Positions 29,427-38,677 of a stretch of DNA of 64,000 nt are shown one piece after another. Within the stretch, counting starts at the first letter, position 1. The number at the start of each line of letters is the position of its first letter. The position numbers and the translations under genes were made by a program. The notes beneath the pieces are model-generated. The model was not told the origin of the DNA. It made no database searches and saw only the letters and a list, made by a program, of their open reading frames with translations. The stretch lies in IMG/VR virus record IMGVR_UViG_3300022868_000009, positions 1 to 64,000 of that record, one strand, 5' to 3'.

Positions 29427-29789
29427 TTAAACACTCTCTATTTTTTTGAGTTTTAATGTTTCTATTAGATGCTCAATTTTCGGTTTTGGTAAAAAACCAT
29501 TATAAATTTTAACTTCCCCCTTCATATTAATCATAATCAATGTTGGTAAACTTTTAACACCAAACATTTCAACAAGTTCATATTCATTTTCAGCATCTAC
29601 TTTAAAAAAATCAATTTCAGAGTATTTTATTTCCAATTGTTGTAAAACAACTTGAGTAATTTTACAGGGAGCACACCATTCAGCGTAAAAATCAATAATA
29701 CATGGTTTTGAACCTATAAATTTATAATCTTCATTTTTGCTAATTTCCAAAATTTTTTCTTTTAATTCTATTGCCGTTAAGTTTTTCAT
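29427..29789 (-). CDS. trxA: Thioredoxin
   Basis: IIDFYAEWCAPCK, FFKVD, FGVKSLPTLI. Confidence 0.9.
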   Translation of the reverse strand: MKNLTAIELKEKILEISKNEDYKFIGSKPCIIDFYAEWCAPCKITQVVLQQLEIKYSEIDFFKVDAENEYELVEMFGVKSLPTLIMINMKGEVKIYNGFLPKPKIEHLIETLKLKKIESV

Positions 29790-29863
29790 ATACCCTTACA
29801 TTTGTTTTTAGTTATATATCCCTTAAATTATACGAAATAGATAAAGATTGAAGTAAACTTACT

Positions 29864-29906
29864 AAATTCAAAGAACACGTAGAAATTTTACGTGTTCTTT
29901 GAATTT
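29864..29906. terminator. 18-bp perfect inverted repeat closing the secreted-protein block
   Basis: aaattcaaagaacacgta-gaaattt-tacgtgttctttgaattt. Confidence 0.7.
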
Positions 29907-29937
29907 GTTATATTTGGTAACTTTTTCTAAATTATTT

Positions 29938-30327
29938 TTATTTTTTTATTATTCTCATAACACCTGGTAACCTTATATCAGTATTCAAATACCCTCTTTG
30001 ATTTTTATTTTGTGTAAAAAATATTGTAGCATGTGATTTATATGTTATTAATTCACCATCCATGTTTTTAACTGTTAATTCGTCTTTGCCTTTAGCTATA
30101 TAAATTGGAAAATTAGAAAATCCCCATTTTTTAAATTTCCACATACAATCCCAAGCCTTATATTCTTCTTTATTTTTTGTTTTATAAACTATTATTGAAG
30201 CATCAAATGGATCATCAACTTCTAATAATATAATTGTAGCATCACCTGGATCCATCATATTAATTACAGTTTGACTACAACAAACTAAACTTGTTAATAT
30301 TAATATTAATGTTAATATTTTTTTCAT
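29938..30327 (-). CDS. Signal-peptide protein, DUF6150-like (Bacteroidota type)
   Basis: MKKILTLILILTSLVCCSQ signal; DASIIVYK...W.F..WG repeats; family call is from memory. Confidence 0.55.
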   Translation of the reverse strand: MKKILTLILILTSLVCCSQTVINMMDPGDATIILLEVDDPFDASIIVYKTKNKEEYKAWDCMWKFKKWGFSNFPIYIAKGKDELTVKNMDGELITYKSHATIFFTQNKNQRGYLNTDIRLPGVMRIIKK

Positions 30328-30794
30328 CTTATAATAAGTTTCTTTTTATATATTTCGTTCATTGAAGTAGCAATAATAATATATGTACCAGAATTTAATC
30401 TATTCATACAATCACAATCAATTGGTTCTTTTGATTGGAATATTGAATTTAATTCAAAACTACCAGTTATAAATATATTATCATTGTGTATAACTAAACA
30501 CTTCGGATCATCAATATTTGCATCTCCAATTTGATTACACCATATAAACTCTCCATTTTCAGATAACTTTATTAAGGCAATATCCTTATTTCCAAATGAT
30601 GTAAAATTGTTTCCTAATATATTTATTGTGCCATAAAATTCAACAAGAACATATATCGAATTTTCAGAATCAGTGTAAATCGATTCCGATTCAATATTAT
30701 TTGTTCCATTTATTGGTATAGACCATACCCATCTTTGTTGAGAAAAAGATGATATGGATAAGAAAAGTAATAATATGATTAATAAATTTCTCAT
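30324..30794 (-). CDS. Truncated SBBP/beta-propeller secreted protein ending in a T9SS-CTD-like tail
   Basis: Signal peptide; DSENSIYV...FYGT...G.KDI.LIKL...G..IW; ends LNSGTYII...KKKLIIR. Confidence 0.6.
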   Translation of the reverse strand: MRNLLIILLLFLSISSFSQQRWVWSIPINGTNNIESESIYTDSENSIYVLVEFYGTINILGNNFTSFGNKDIALIKLSENGEFIWCNQIGDANIDDPKCLVIHNDNIFITGSFELNSIFQSKEPIDCDCMNRLNSGTYIIIATSMNEIYKKKLIIR

Positions 30795-32122
30795 TCAACT
30801 ATTAATTTAGTTTTATAATAACCATCAATAATAACAATATAAACACCACAAGGTAGTCCATATATTTGATTATCAACAATATTTGCTTTTATGTCTCTAC
30901 CTAATATATCAGTAATTTGAATATTTTGATAAGTACCAGATATATTAATTGATTCATTAGACGAAGCAGGATTAGGATAAAGGTTTAATGAATTATTTTC
31001 ACAATTAACATAAATTGTATTATATGTATTTGTTTTTCCATCATAATCAATTTGTTTTAACCTATAATATCCACCATTAGAATAATCTATATATTTATAG
31101 TTTATAGTTTGGTTACTATTACCATTTCCAGAAACAGTTCCTATTGATGTAAATGATATACCATCAAAACTTTTTTCAATAACAAAATAATCATTGTTAA
31201 TTTCTGATAGTGTTTCCCATTCGATTAAAACGTTATTATTTTTTGTATTACAAATTCCATTAAAAGTTATTAATTCTACAGGTAAAGGCATTATTTCACT
31301 ACCCAAAGTAACTTTTGTCCATGTTAAAGTTGAACCAAATAAATTTTTAGTGATTGGAACATTTGATCCTGTATAATCAATTACTGGTGTCCAATAATCA
31401 GGTCCTCCACCATTCACCCATTGAAACATAATTAATTCAACAGGATTATGTACATTTAATTCTTGAGGATAACAATCATGAAAAGTAACATTTGTTCCTG
31501 CGAATATTGCAGGTGCGTCTATCTGAAAATAACGAAAAACACTGTTATTTCCTGCAAAAGTACCTGTACCAGGTTGAACTAAATGTCCCCGAATAATATT
31601 TACACCTATTCCTGTCAAATTAACTGTTAAACCCAAATTGGAAATATTTCCAACAGGATTATCTCTAATTGCACGAATAGTTCCGGTTCCTAATCCATCA
31701 CTTCCTCCTGCATCTGTTGCTTTAACTCTTCTTGTAGATGCCTCATTGTTAAGTATTCCTGAATAGTTTAAATCAACCAAAGCATCTTTTAAATCAAAAT
31801 CTCCCTGTGTCATTTGTAATATATTGGAAATACTAATATCTCTACCAACATTAACACTAACACCACCTCCTATATTATTTACAGTAACATTATAAAATGC
31901 TGTTGTGTTAGCTCCTAAAATTGATTGATTAACATTACCAATAAAGTGTACTGTGCTGTTTCCAGCTATTACTATACCATTATTAGTCCAATTGCCATTA
32001 CCATCAATTAAAACTTGTACAGTGCTATTCATTACAATTTGCGCACTATTGTTTAATAATCCTTGCGAAAAAAAATTATATGATAATATCAATAATAAGA
32101 CTATAATTTGTATTTTTTTCAT
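30791..32122 (-). CDS. T9SS type A sorting-domain secreted protein
   Basis: Signal peptide; PLPVELITF, WETLSEINNDYFVIEKS.DG, YYRLKQIDYDG, LYPNPAS, ITDILGR, GVYIVII. Confidence 0.85.
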   Translation of the reverse strand: MKKIQIIVLLLILSYNFFSQGLLNNSAQIVMNSTVQVLIDGNGNWTNNGIVIAGNSTVHFIGNVNQSILGANTTAFYNVTVNNIGGGVSVNVGRDISISNILQMTQGDFDLKDALVDLNYSGILNNEASTRRVKATDAGGSDGLGTGTIRAIRDNPVGNISNLGLTVNLTGIGVNIIRGHLVQPGTGTFAGNNSVFRYFQIDAPAIFAGTNVTFHDCYPQELNVHNPVELIMFQWVNGGGPDYWTPVIDYTGSNVPITKNLFGSTLTWTKVTLGSEIMPLPVELITFNGICNTKNNNVLIEWETLSEINNDYFVIEKSFDGISFTSIGTVSGNGNSNQTINYKYIDYSNGGYYRLKQIDYDGKTNTYNTIYVNCENNSLNLYPNPASSNESINISGTYQNIQITDILGRDIKANIVDNQIYGLPCGVYIVIIDGYYKTKLIVE

Positions 32123-33768
32123 TTTCGTATTGGTTTTTTAGTCCCATATTTCCCATTTACAAGTTTATATTTTCCATGATTTGGACCTGCTGGTATTATT
32201 TCTCCAACTCTCACATGGTCTTCTATATTATAATTATATACATCCCAATCTTTTGCCCACCTAAAAATGTCTCTGCGACTAGGTTGATTTTTAGCATTAG
32301 CAGCATCAATATTATATTTTAACCAAGCTGGTCCAGGAGCTTGAACAAATCTTCCTTCACCATAGTTTGTTTTTGGTTTAGCAATAATCTGATAATCAAT
32401 TTCACCACTATTTATGCCTCCATTACGTTCAACAAGATCAAAACCTGTGGCTGATTTGTTAATAACTGCAACACCATTACATTCAAGAATATTAACTTGT
32501 AAAATTACTTTTAATGGATTGTCTGCATCTACAAAAATAATATCTACAAGTATTGGATCAAGTTCTACATGTGATTTGCCATTTACAAGTTGTACTGTTC
32601 CATAATCAACATACCAGTATTCAGGAGATTCAGGACAAGTAAGTGTTATTCTTCCATGATCTTTTGTCGAGATAATTTCACTTACAGCACCAATTCCATA
32701 TATTTTTCTGTTAGTTACTCCGTCATATGCTGTATATGCCCAATATCCGTTTCCTTGTGAATAAGCTCCCGCAGAGTATCCATAACCAGTAGCATAACCG
32801 GCATTTGGATCACTTCCTGCACCAGGACCTGAAGCAGATGTATAAACCCCAATTGCATCTTCATCGCTAGTTGCATATAGCTTAGCTCCTGTAGCACTTG
32901 TATACCATGCAGGTGTAACTCCGCCTGAATATGTGCAATTCCCATGAATTGCTGTATGTATAAATCCACCTTCATTAAGATTTACATTCATTTGCGAGTA
33001 TATTCCAGGCACATCACCATCTAAAACATCATTATCATCGCCATAAAAATATCCAGGAATCCAACAATCAGAATAACCAACAATAGCTGCTATGTTAGCA
33101 TTAAGAGTAGTTTTTCCATATACTGCAATTCTGTTAGGGTCGTTAACTAACCCATGAACAGCGGCACCCCCTACAGTTGAACCTCCAACAGTAATTGACC
33201 CGTTAAATCCTAGATAACCATAAGTTTGATTTCCTGATACATTTGAAAATCCCTGTACTGCACAAGCACCATTAACAGCACTTGTTGTTTCAAAATATCC
33301 TGCAACAGTATTAGTTGAACCAATATATTCAATACCATGTACTTCTCCATCGTCATGAACTTTAATTGCAGTATTATATTCAGGGCGGATATAGTTCATA
33401 CCAGTAGGTCTAATCCAATATTCAACATTTCCTGGAATGTTAGGTAAATTTCCTGAAAACAGCCATTTCCATTTTCCTGAAGCAGTATTCCAATAATAGT
33501 ATCCAGGGATAACATTATTTGGAGCAACTCCAGCCGTAGCAGTATTATAAATAAGTAAAGCATCTGCAGGTGCAGTTATTGGTGATATTGAATTATTTGC
33601 AGTAAGTGTTACACGAGGGATTAAGATCCCTTTGTCTGTTGAACTAATATCTAACATTGCAGATGCATTTGGAGCAACTCCTGTTGAATTTATTGCTACA
33701 TTTTGTGTAAATAACCAAACTGGTAATAAACATAATAATACTATTAAAAAATTTTTTATTTTTTTCAT
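32119..33768 (-). CDS. Bacteroidota-type secreted fibre/adhesin-like protein
   Basis: Signal peptide; NVAIN...PNASAMLDISSTDKGILIPRV.L, LLIYNT, PGYYYWN; C-terminal CPESPE...DYG...L.NG...VELD domain seen in fibre proteins. Confidence 0.75.
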   Translation of the reverse strand: MKKIKNFLIVLLCLLPVWLFTQNVAINSTGVAPNASAMLDISSTDKGILIPRVTLTANNSISPITAPADALLIYNTATAGVAPNNVIPGYYYWNTASGKWKWLFSGNLPNIPGNVEYWIRPTGMNYIRPEYNTAIKVHDDGEVHGIEYIGSTNTVAGYFETTSAVNGACAVQGFSNVSGNQTYGYLGFNGSITVGGSTVGGAAVHGLVNDPNRIAVYGKTTLNANIAAIVGYSDCWIPGYFYGDDNDVLDGDVPGIYSQMNVNLNEGGFIHTAIHGNCTYSGGVTPAWYTSATGAKLYATSDEDAIGVYTSASGPGAGSDPNAGYATGYGYSAGAYSQGNGYWAYTAYDGVTNRKIYGIGAVSEIISTKDHGRITLTCPESPEYWYVDYGTVQLVNGKSHVELDPILVDIIFVDADNPLKVILQVNILECNGVAVINKSATGFDLVERNGGINSGEIDYQIIAKPKTNYGEGRFVQAPGPAWLKYNIDAANAKNQPSRRDIFRWAKDWDVYNYNIEDHVRVGEIIPAGPNHGKYKLVNGKYGTKKPIRK

Positions 33769-33772
33769 ATTT

Positions 33773-33859
33773 TTATTTTACAATTAATTTTATTTTATAA
33801 TATCCATCAATAATAACAATATAAATTCCACTATTTAAACCTTCTATTTGATTATCCAT
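33773..33859 (-). pseudogene. Orphan T9SS-CTD tail remnant (28 aa)
   Basis: MDNQIEGLNSGIYIVIIDGYYKIKLIVK* is near-identical to the end of 30791-32122 (VDNQIYGLPCGVYIVIIDGYYKTKLIVE). Confidence 0.65.
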
Positions 33860-33879
33860 ATTTTGTTTTATAAATTTTT

Positions 33880-34224
33880 TCATTCTTTTTTGTTTTTCAT
33901 TTTTTCTTTAATATACATATCTTTACAATTTTTATAATTTATTATATTATCTATATTAGATTTATAATAACATTTACCATAAAAACGCATTTCAATTTTT
34001 TTAAATAATACATTGTAATCTTTGTGATTTTTTGTTAATTTTACAAAAATTAAATATTCTGCTTCACAGGTTGATATTACTTTACAACCCAAAGATTTTA
34101 CATATATTATAACTTCTTGGAAATCATTATCATCGGATACATATCCAAATAGGCAATGATTTTCTTTTTGACTAAATGCCAAAGTTGAAATCATCATAAA
34201 TAAGTAAATTAGGAATTTTTTCAT
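33880..34224 (-). CDS. Signal-peptide hypothetical protein
   Basis: MKKFLIYLFMMISTLAFSQ. Confidence 0.7.
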   Translation of the reverse strand: MKKFLIYLFMMISTLAFSQKENHCLFGYVSDDNDFQEVIIYVKSLGCKVISTCEAEYLIFVKLTKNHKDYNVLFKKIEMRFYGKCYYKSNIDNIINYKNCKDMYIKEKMKNKKE

Positions 34225-34332
34225 TTTTTATATCATTCTTTTTATTTATAGACGTAAAATTTGATTTAAGGTTGCCTTAAATTTGATCTTTTACCTCATT
34301 ATTTATATATTAAAATTTTAAAAAAAATTATA

Positions 34333-34361
34333 AAAAAAAGTGATGTTTAAATCACTTTTTT
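34333..34361. terminator. Intrinsic terminator downstream of the release factor region
   Basis: aaaaaaaagtgat-gtttaa-atcactttttt. Confidence 0.55.
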
Positions 34362-34553
34362 TATTTTTTCTTTTTGGGAAAGAATTTTTTGATAGGATGA
34401 TTTTTCTTTTTCTGCTCATCATCATACTCCTTTTTAAGTTTCTCTACTATTCTATCAAAATTTTTATCATCCATAATATTTATCCTCTACTTTAGTATAC
34501 TTATAATATATGTTTTTGTTTTAAATTTTTGACTAATCGACCAAAATCTTACA

Positions 34554-35232
34554 TTAATGTAAAAGTTCAATCTTACCCTTAATTATATTTTTATAACTCG
34601 ATTTACTATTAGTAATATGATCAACAATTATACCAGTTTTTAAATTATAAGTCCTTCTTCTATTTGACCTAGATCTTAAACCTATTTGTTCATTTCTACC
34701 ATTAGAATAAGACTCATTATATTCTTTATTAAATTTATCTTGTAATCTTTTCTTTAATTCTTTCCACGCACCAGATTCATTTTTATGTTGATTTCTACCA
34801 TCAACTCTTACTTGAATATTAGTAGGGATATGTTTTAAAATAACACAACTCATAGTTCTATTTCTATGTTGACCGCCCGGTCCAGAACCCATAGTATATA
34901 TTACTTCTACATCATTTTTATCAATATTAACTGAAATATCTTGTTTTTCATCTAAAACTGCAACAGAAACTGTTGATGTGTGCATTCTACCTTTTGATTC
35001 TGTTGGTGGTACACGTTGCCATTTATGATTACCTATTTCATTTGAGAAGAATTCTTTTACACCATCACCGCTAAAGACATAAATCAACTAAACCTTCTCT
35101 TTCATTAAGAGAAATTAGTTTAAATCCCTTTAACTTTAATGTTTTTAAGTAAATGTTTTTCATATCTTGTACTAGAAGTTTAGCATCCTCGCCACCTTCT
35201 TGATCTCTGATTTCTATAATAATTTTTTCCAT
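34554..35232 (-). CDS. prfA: Class I peptide chain release factor, RF1-type (PxT), lacking domain 1; two frames joined by a +1 frameshift at CTT TAG C (35076-35070); about 225 aa
   Basis: Frame 0 from ATG 35232: MEKIIIEIRDQEGGEDAKLLVQDMKNIY...LVDLCL*; +1 frame: SGDG...QRVPPTESKGRMHTS...GSGPGGQHRN...RRRTYN...DH. Together they match RF1 domains 2-4 continuously. Confidence 0.85.
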
Positions 35233-35247
35233 AACTTTGTTTTATTT

Positions 35248-35637
35248 TTATAATTCTGCTTTTTCAAAAAATTTCTGCATAGTTAAATATGCAAAAGAAT
35301 GTGCGTCTAATAAAGTATATTGTTTCCAACAAAAAAGTACAGATAATATAAATAATGCACCACTTATTATTGTAAATAATACAGGTAATTTAATTAGACA
35401 GATTAATGTAAGAATTAACAAAGCTATAGAAATATGCTTGCTATGTTTGAATCGGTAAAAATATTTAATAATGTTTTTAACATTGTGTTTAATTTGTATT
35501 TGTTTTAGTACTTTTAATGGAACTGATTTTTTATCATCCATTGTCATTTTTTGATAACCATCATAAGTTATATGTTCATATTCATTATCTACATGACAAT
35601 CTTTGTTTAATAAATCTTCAATTATAATTTTTTCCAT
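35248..35637 (-). CDS. Hypothetical membrane protein
   Basis: 129-aa ORF with two hydrophobic segments. Confidence 0.65.
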   Translation of the reverse strand: MEKIIIEDLLNKDCHVDNEYEHITYDGYQKMTMDDKKSVPLKVLKQIQIKHNVKNIIKYFYRFKHSKHISIALLILTLICLIKLPVLFTIISGALFILSVLFCWKQYTLLDAHSFAYLTMQKFFEKAEL

Positions 35638-35672
35638 AATATTAATATACGAAAATTCTTCTAAGAAAAAAA

Positions 35673-35921
35673 CTATAAAACTTTATATTTTAAGATATTA
35701 TTTAAACTATTCTTAGGATCTTTTTCTACTACGAATCCGCCTTTCCAATTAGATTTTTCAGCTTGTTTGAATAACTCATCATAAGTACCTTTATCAAGTT
35801 GTAGATGCATTTCTTCTTTTCGTTTAATATGGTCATCTAATTGCTTGAGTAAAATATTCTTTCTTTGTTGAACACCTTCGTTCATTTCGTTAAATTCGTT
35901 AAATTCATCATAACTTTTCAT
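35673..35921 (-). CDS. Hypothetical protein with CTS-like N-terminus (MKSYDEFNE)
   Basis: 82-aa ORF; AATATATA at 35943-35950. Confidence 0.7.
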   Translation of the reverse strand: MKSYDEFNEFNEMNEGVQQRKNILLKQLDDHIKRKEEMHLQLDKGTYDELFKQAEKSNWKGGFVVEKDPKNSLNNILKYKVL

Positions 35922-35981
35922 TATAATAATTATATTTTCTTCTATATATTAAAATACATATTGATAAATTTTATAATTATG

Positions 35982-36054
35982 TAACGCAGATCAGAATCGA
36001 ACTGACAGCCTTTGGGATATGATTCCAATGCTCTACCTATTGAGCTACTGCGTT
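35982..36054 (-). tRNA. tRNA-Met/Ile2 (CAT)
   Basis: Cloverleaf AACGCAG / GCTC-GAGC D stem / TTGGA-ATCATAT-CCCAA / GTCAG TTCGATT CTGAT. Confidence 0.75.
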
Positions 36055-36385
36055 ATTTATTTTTAATTCTATCTAATTTAATCTTTCGATCAATTCTTAT
36101 AATTTTCTTTTTAACTTCTTCATCTTTAAAATTTGGATGTAAATATAAATTACACATAACATGGAAAACATCTGGATTTATATCACCATTTTCATCTAAA
36201 CATGGTTTTAATATATCCATCATTATATATGTTCTAATAGATGTATAATTATTTTGAAATTCATAACGTTTACAAATAAAATCTATATAACTATCAACAT
36301 CAACAGGTATTATTTTATTCTCAAATTCGTCAATTAAAACATCAATTATATATTCATCATTAAAACCATTACTATCATCCGTCAT
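36053..36385 (-). CDS. Hypothetical protein (RKIKLDRI C-terminus)
   Basis: 110-aa ORF. Confidence 0.6.
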   Translation of the reverse strand: MTDDSNGFNDEYIIDVLIDEFENKIIPVDVDSYIDFICKRYEFQNNYTSIRTYIMMDILKPCLDENGDINPDVFHVMCNLYLHPNFKDEEVKKKIIRIDRKIKLDRIKNK

Positions 36386-36567
36386 CCTTTACTCTACTAA
36401 TTTAACTTTTCTTTGATACTGGTATTAAAATTCTACTATTTTCCATATAACTTATATTTCAAATAATATAATATGTTTAAAAATTTTGTATTTAAAAAGA
36501 ACCGTATCAATAATAAATTAATACGGTTTCAGTAGAGGGTAACTAATATAATTGGTAAGATAAAAAA

Positions 36568-36759
36568 CTATTCTTGTTCCTTTTTAGCTTTAAGGTTACC
36601 CTTAGTTTTTCCTTTTACTTCTTTTTCTTTCTTGTCTGGTCTAACTAATTCTTTCCAGATGTTTTTAGGACAATAATTATATCCGTTTGCTAACTTTTCA
36701 TAAACTTCCTTTTCTTTTACTCTAATTGGAAGGTCGTCTCCGAGTCTCATTGTTTTCAT
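36568..36759 (-). CDS. Small basic hypothetical protein
   Basis: 63-aa ORF. Confidence 0.55.
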   Translation of the reverse strand: MKTMRLGDDLPIRVKEKEVYEKLANGYNYCPKNIWKELVRPDKKEKEVKGKTKGNLKAKKEQE

Positions 36760-36767
36760 AAGCTAAT

Positions 36768-37277
36768 TTAATTAATTTTTATAATATTTGATTTTTCTAT
36801 TTTTATTGATTTTTCTATTTTTAATTTTTCTATTGGTTTTTCTTTTTTAATATTATTAAAATCTATAACCTTCAATGTTATAGTATCTGTTTTTTGTTTA
36901 AATGTAAATTCATGCTCACCTTTACCATAATGGTTTATTTTTACAAATAAATTAAAAACTGTATTTTCATTAATTTGTCTAGATTCATTTACTTTAAAAA
37001 TATATTTAATTTGTTTACCATCAAACTCATATTCAGCATAAAAATCTTTGTTTTTAGAATCAAGATAAACTACAGGTTTAATTTCACCATCATATGCAAC
37101 AAATTCATTTATATCTGCAAATGGACCAACAATTGCAAAACCAACAATAAATATAACTATTGATGCAAATACACACCATGCTTTCGTTAAAGATTTTTTA
37201 GAAAATATTGATAATAAAATAAATATCATTAATAATCCAGGACTAATTATCCATGCAAGTGTTAATAGTAAACTCAT
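36768..37277 (-). CDS. Hypothetical membrane protein
   Basis: 169-aa ORF with two N-terminal TM-like helices. Confidence 0.65.
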   Translation of the reverse strand: MSLLLTLAWIISPGLLMIFILLSIFSKKSLTKAWCVFASIVIFIVGFAIVGPFADINEFVAYDGEIKPVVYLDSKNKDFYAEYEFDGKQIKYIFKVNESRQINENTVFNLFVKINHYGKGEHEFTFKQKTDTITLKVIDFNNIKKEKPIEKLKIEKSIKIEKSNIIKIN

Positions 37278-37354
37278 TTTTTATATTTTTTTAATTTGTA
37301 TAAATATACAAAAATTTCAACTTAAAAAAAATTTTCGATTCTAAATTTTAATTG

Positions 37355-37427
37355 TAGGTATAGATGGATTTGAACCACCGACTTCTACTGTATAAGAGTA
37401 GCACTCTGACCCCTGAGTTATATACCC
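37355..37427 (-). tRNA. tRNA-Ile (TAT)
   Basis: GGGTATA / ACTC-GAGT / CTACT-CTTATAC-AGTAG / GGTGG TTCAAAT CCATC; close paralog of tRNA-Ile(GAT) at 39044. Confidence 0.85.
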
Positions 37428-37804
37428 ATGTCTAATCGTTTAAAAATTTTCCTTTCAATTGTTTCTATCATATAATTAGAATAAAAAAACAAATCGTACA
37501 TATTCTTTACCTCTTTTACATTATAATAATCACTATATTCATATATTTGATAAGTGATGCCTGTACCTGTTTTATAGGATGATGTATAACATATATATTC
37601 TTTATTTTTGTATTTTTTATATCTTACACTATGCAACGTGTTTATTATATAACCATTTTTAATATTTTTATAAACACTTTTAACATTTTTAATATTTTTA
37701 AAATCAAACTCATTAAATATACGTTGAAAAGCATGCTTAGGACTTAAAACCTTATTTTTTTCAAAATAATGTTCAAAACCAATTTGATATTTGTTTTTTC
37801 TCAT
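37418..37804 (-). CDS. Hypothetical protein
   Basis: 128-aa ORF; its 3' end overlaps the tRNA 5' end by 10 nt. Confidence 0.5.
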   Translation of the reverse strand: MRKNKYQIGFEHYFEKNKVLSPKHAFQRIFNEFDFKNIKNVKSVYKNIKNGYIINTLHSVRYKKYKNKEYICYTSSYKTGTGITYQIYEYSDYYNVKEVKNMYDLFFYSNYMIETIERKIFKRLDMGI

Positions 37805-37842
37805 ATTATTTTTGTATGTTTACGACAAAGTTTTCAATACTT

Positions 37843-37924
37843 AATATCTGATTCGAACCTACGTTGGGGCGTTTACCTCATCAGATTAACAGTCTGACAC
37901 CTTCGACCACTCGGACACAGATCA
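37843..37924 (-). tRNA. Degenerate tRNA (GTT anticodon, long variable arm, 3' T-stem strand missing)
   Basis: CCGAGTGGTCGAAGG D arm, TCAGA-CTGTTAA-TCTGA, GTAGG TTCGAAT then directly CAGAT with no CCTAC. Confidence 0.55.
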
Positions 37925-37932
37925 ATTTATTA

Positions 37933-38646
37933 TTACACAATTTCCGATTTTATTGCATTTGGTGGAATATTATCATAAGTATAATATGCTTCAGAATCTT
38001 CGTTAAACTTTGGATCTTTATGTAATTTAATATTATTAATCATCACTTTCATATCTATTTCTAGAATAATATATTCTTCCTTAGAATGAAATTCTTTTTC
38101 TTCTAAGTAATTTTTAGATATTTTTTCATTTCCAAATAAATAAATTCTTTCTGGATGTTGTTCAATAACGTTTTTAGTTTTAGGAACTATACCTTGTTTT
38201 TTAATTTTATCTAAATTTTTTTTATTTGTAACATGATATAATTTTTCTGGTACACCAACTTCAGAATCAAATCTTTTATTTAAATAAACTATGAAATCTT
38301 CATCTTTTTTCCAAACATGTGTTGAAATACTTGTTTTTTTACCATCCATATACTGGTTTGAAATATTATAACCTAAATTATTTACCAAAATCAATAAATC
38401 AGAATAAAATTCTTTTAATCTTTCTCCATAAAAATTAAGTTCAATTCTATCTTTAAGAATATATAATTTGACACTACCTTTTACTTTATGTTTTTTAAGC
38501 AAATCGTCGATTTTTTGAACTGATATATCATAATCAATACTTTTAATAAGACCCTCTTTAATTAAATTATAATTGAAAGACTCTAACATTTTATTATTAA
38601 AGTCATGATGATATCCACAAAATTCAAAATATTTTTTCATATTCAT
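37933..38646 (-). CDS. ADP-ribosyltransferase-fold protein (Tpt1/KptA-like H-motif) with CTS-like start
   Basis: KLYHVT...I.KQGI.PK...RIYLF...ILEI....YTYDNIPPNAI; paralog of 54608-55393. Confidence 0.6.
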   Translation of the reverse strand: MNMKKYFEFCGYHHDFNNKMLESFNYNLIKEGLIKSIDYDISVQKIDDLLKKHKVKGSVKLYILKDRIELNFYGERLKEFYSDLLILVNNLGYNISNQYMDGKKTSISTHVWKKDEDFIVYLNKRFDSEVGVPEKLYHVTNKKNLDKIKKQGIVPKTKNVIEQHPERIYLFGNEKISKNYLEEKEFHSKEEYIILEIDMKVMINNIKLHKDPKFNEDSEAYYTYDNIPPNAIKSEIV

Positions 38647-38677
38647 TATATATTAAATTCATTTTTTTGTTTATTTG

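Noticed and set aside
35071-35073. Stop-codon reassignment (TAG to Gln or TGA to Trp) as the reason for the phage RF and the TAG
   Set aside because: Long genes are intact under code 11, no suppressor (CTA/TCA) tRNA was seen, and reading through this TAG hits TGA two codons later
34554-35087. Treating the TTG-started 177-aa ORF as the complete release factor
   Set aside because: It would lack the N-terminal half of RF domain 2, which is present in the upstream frame
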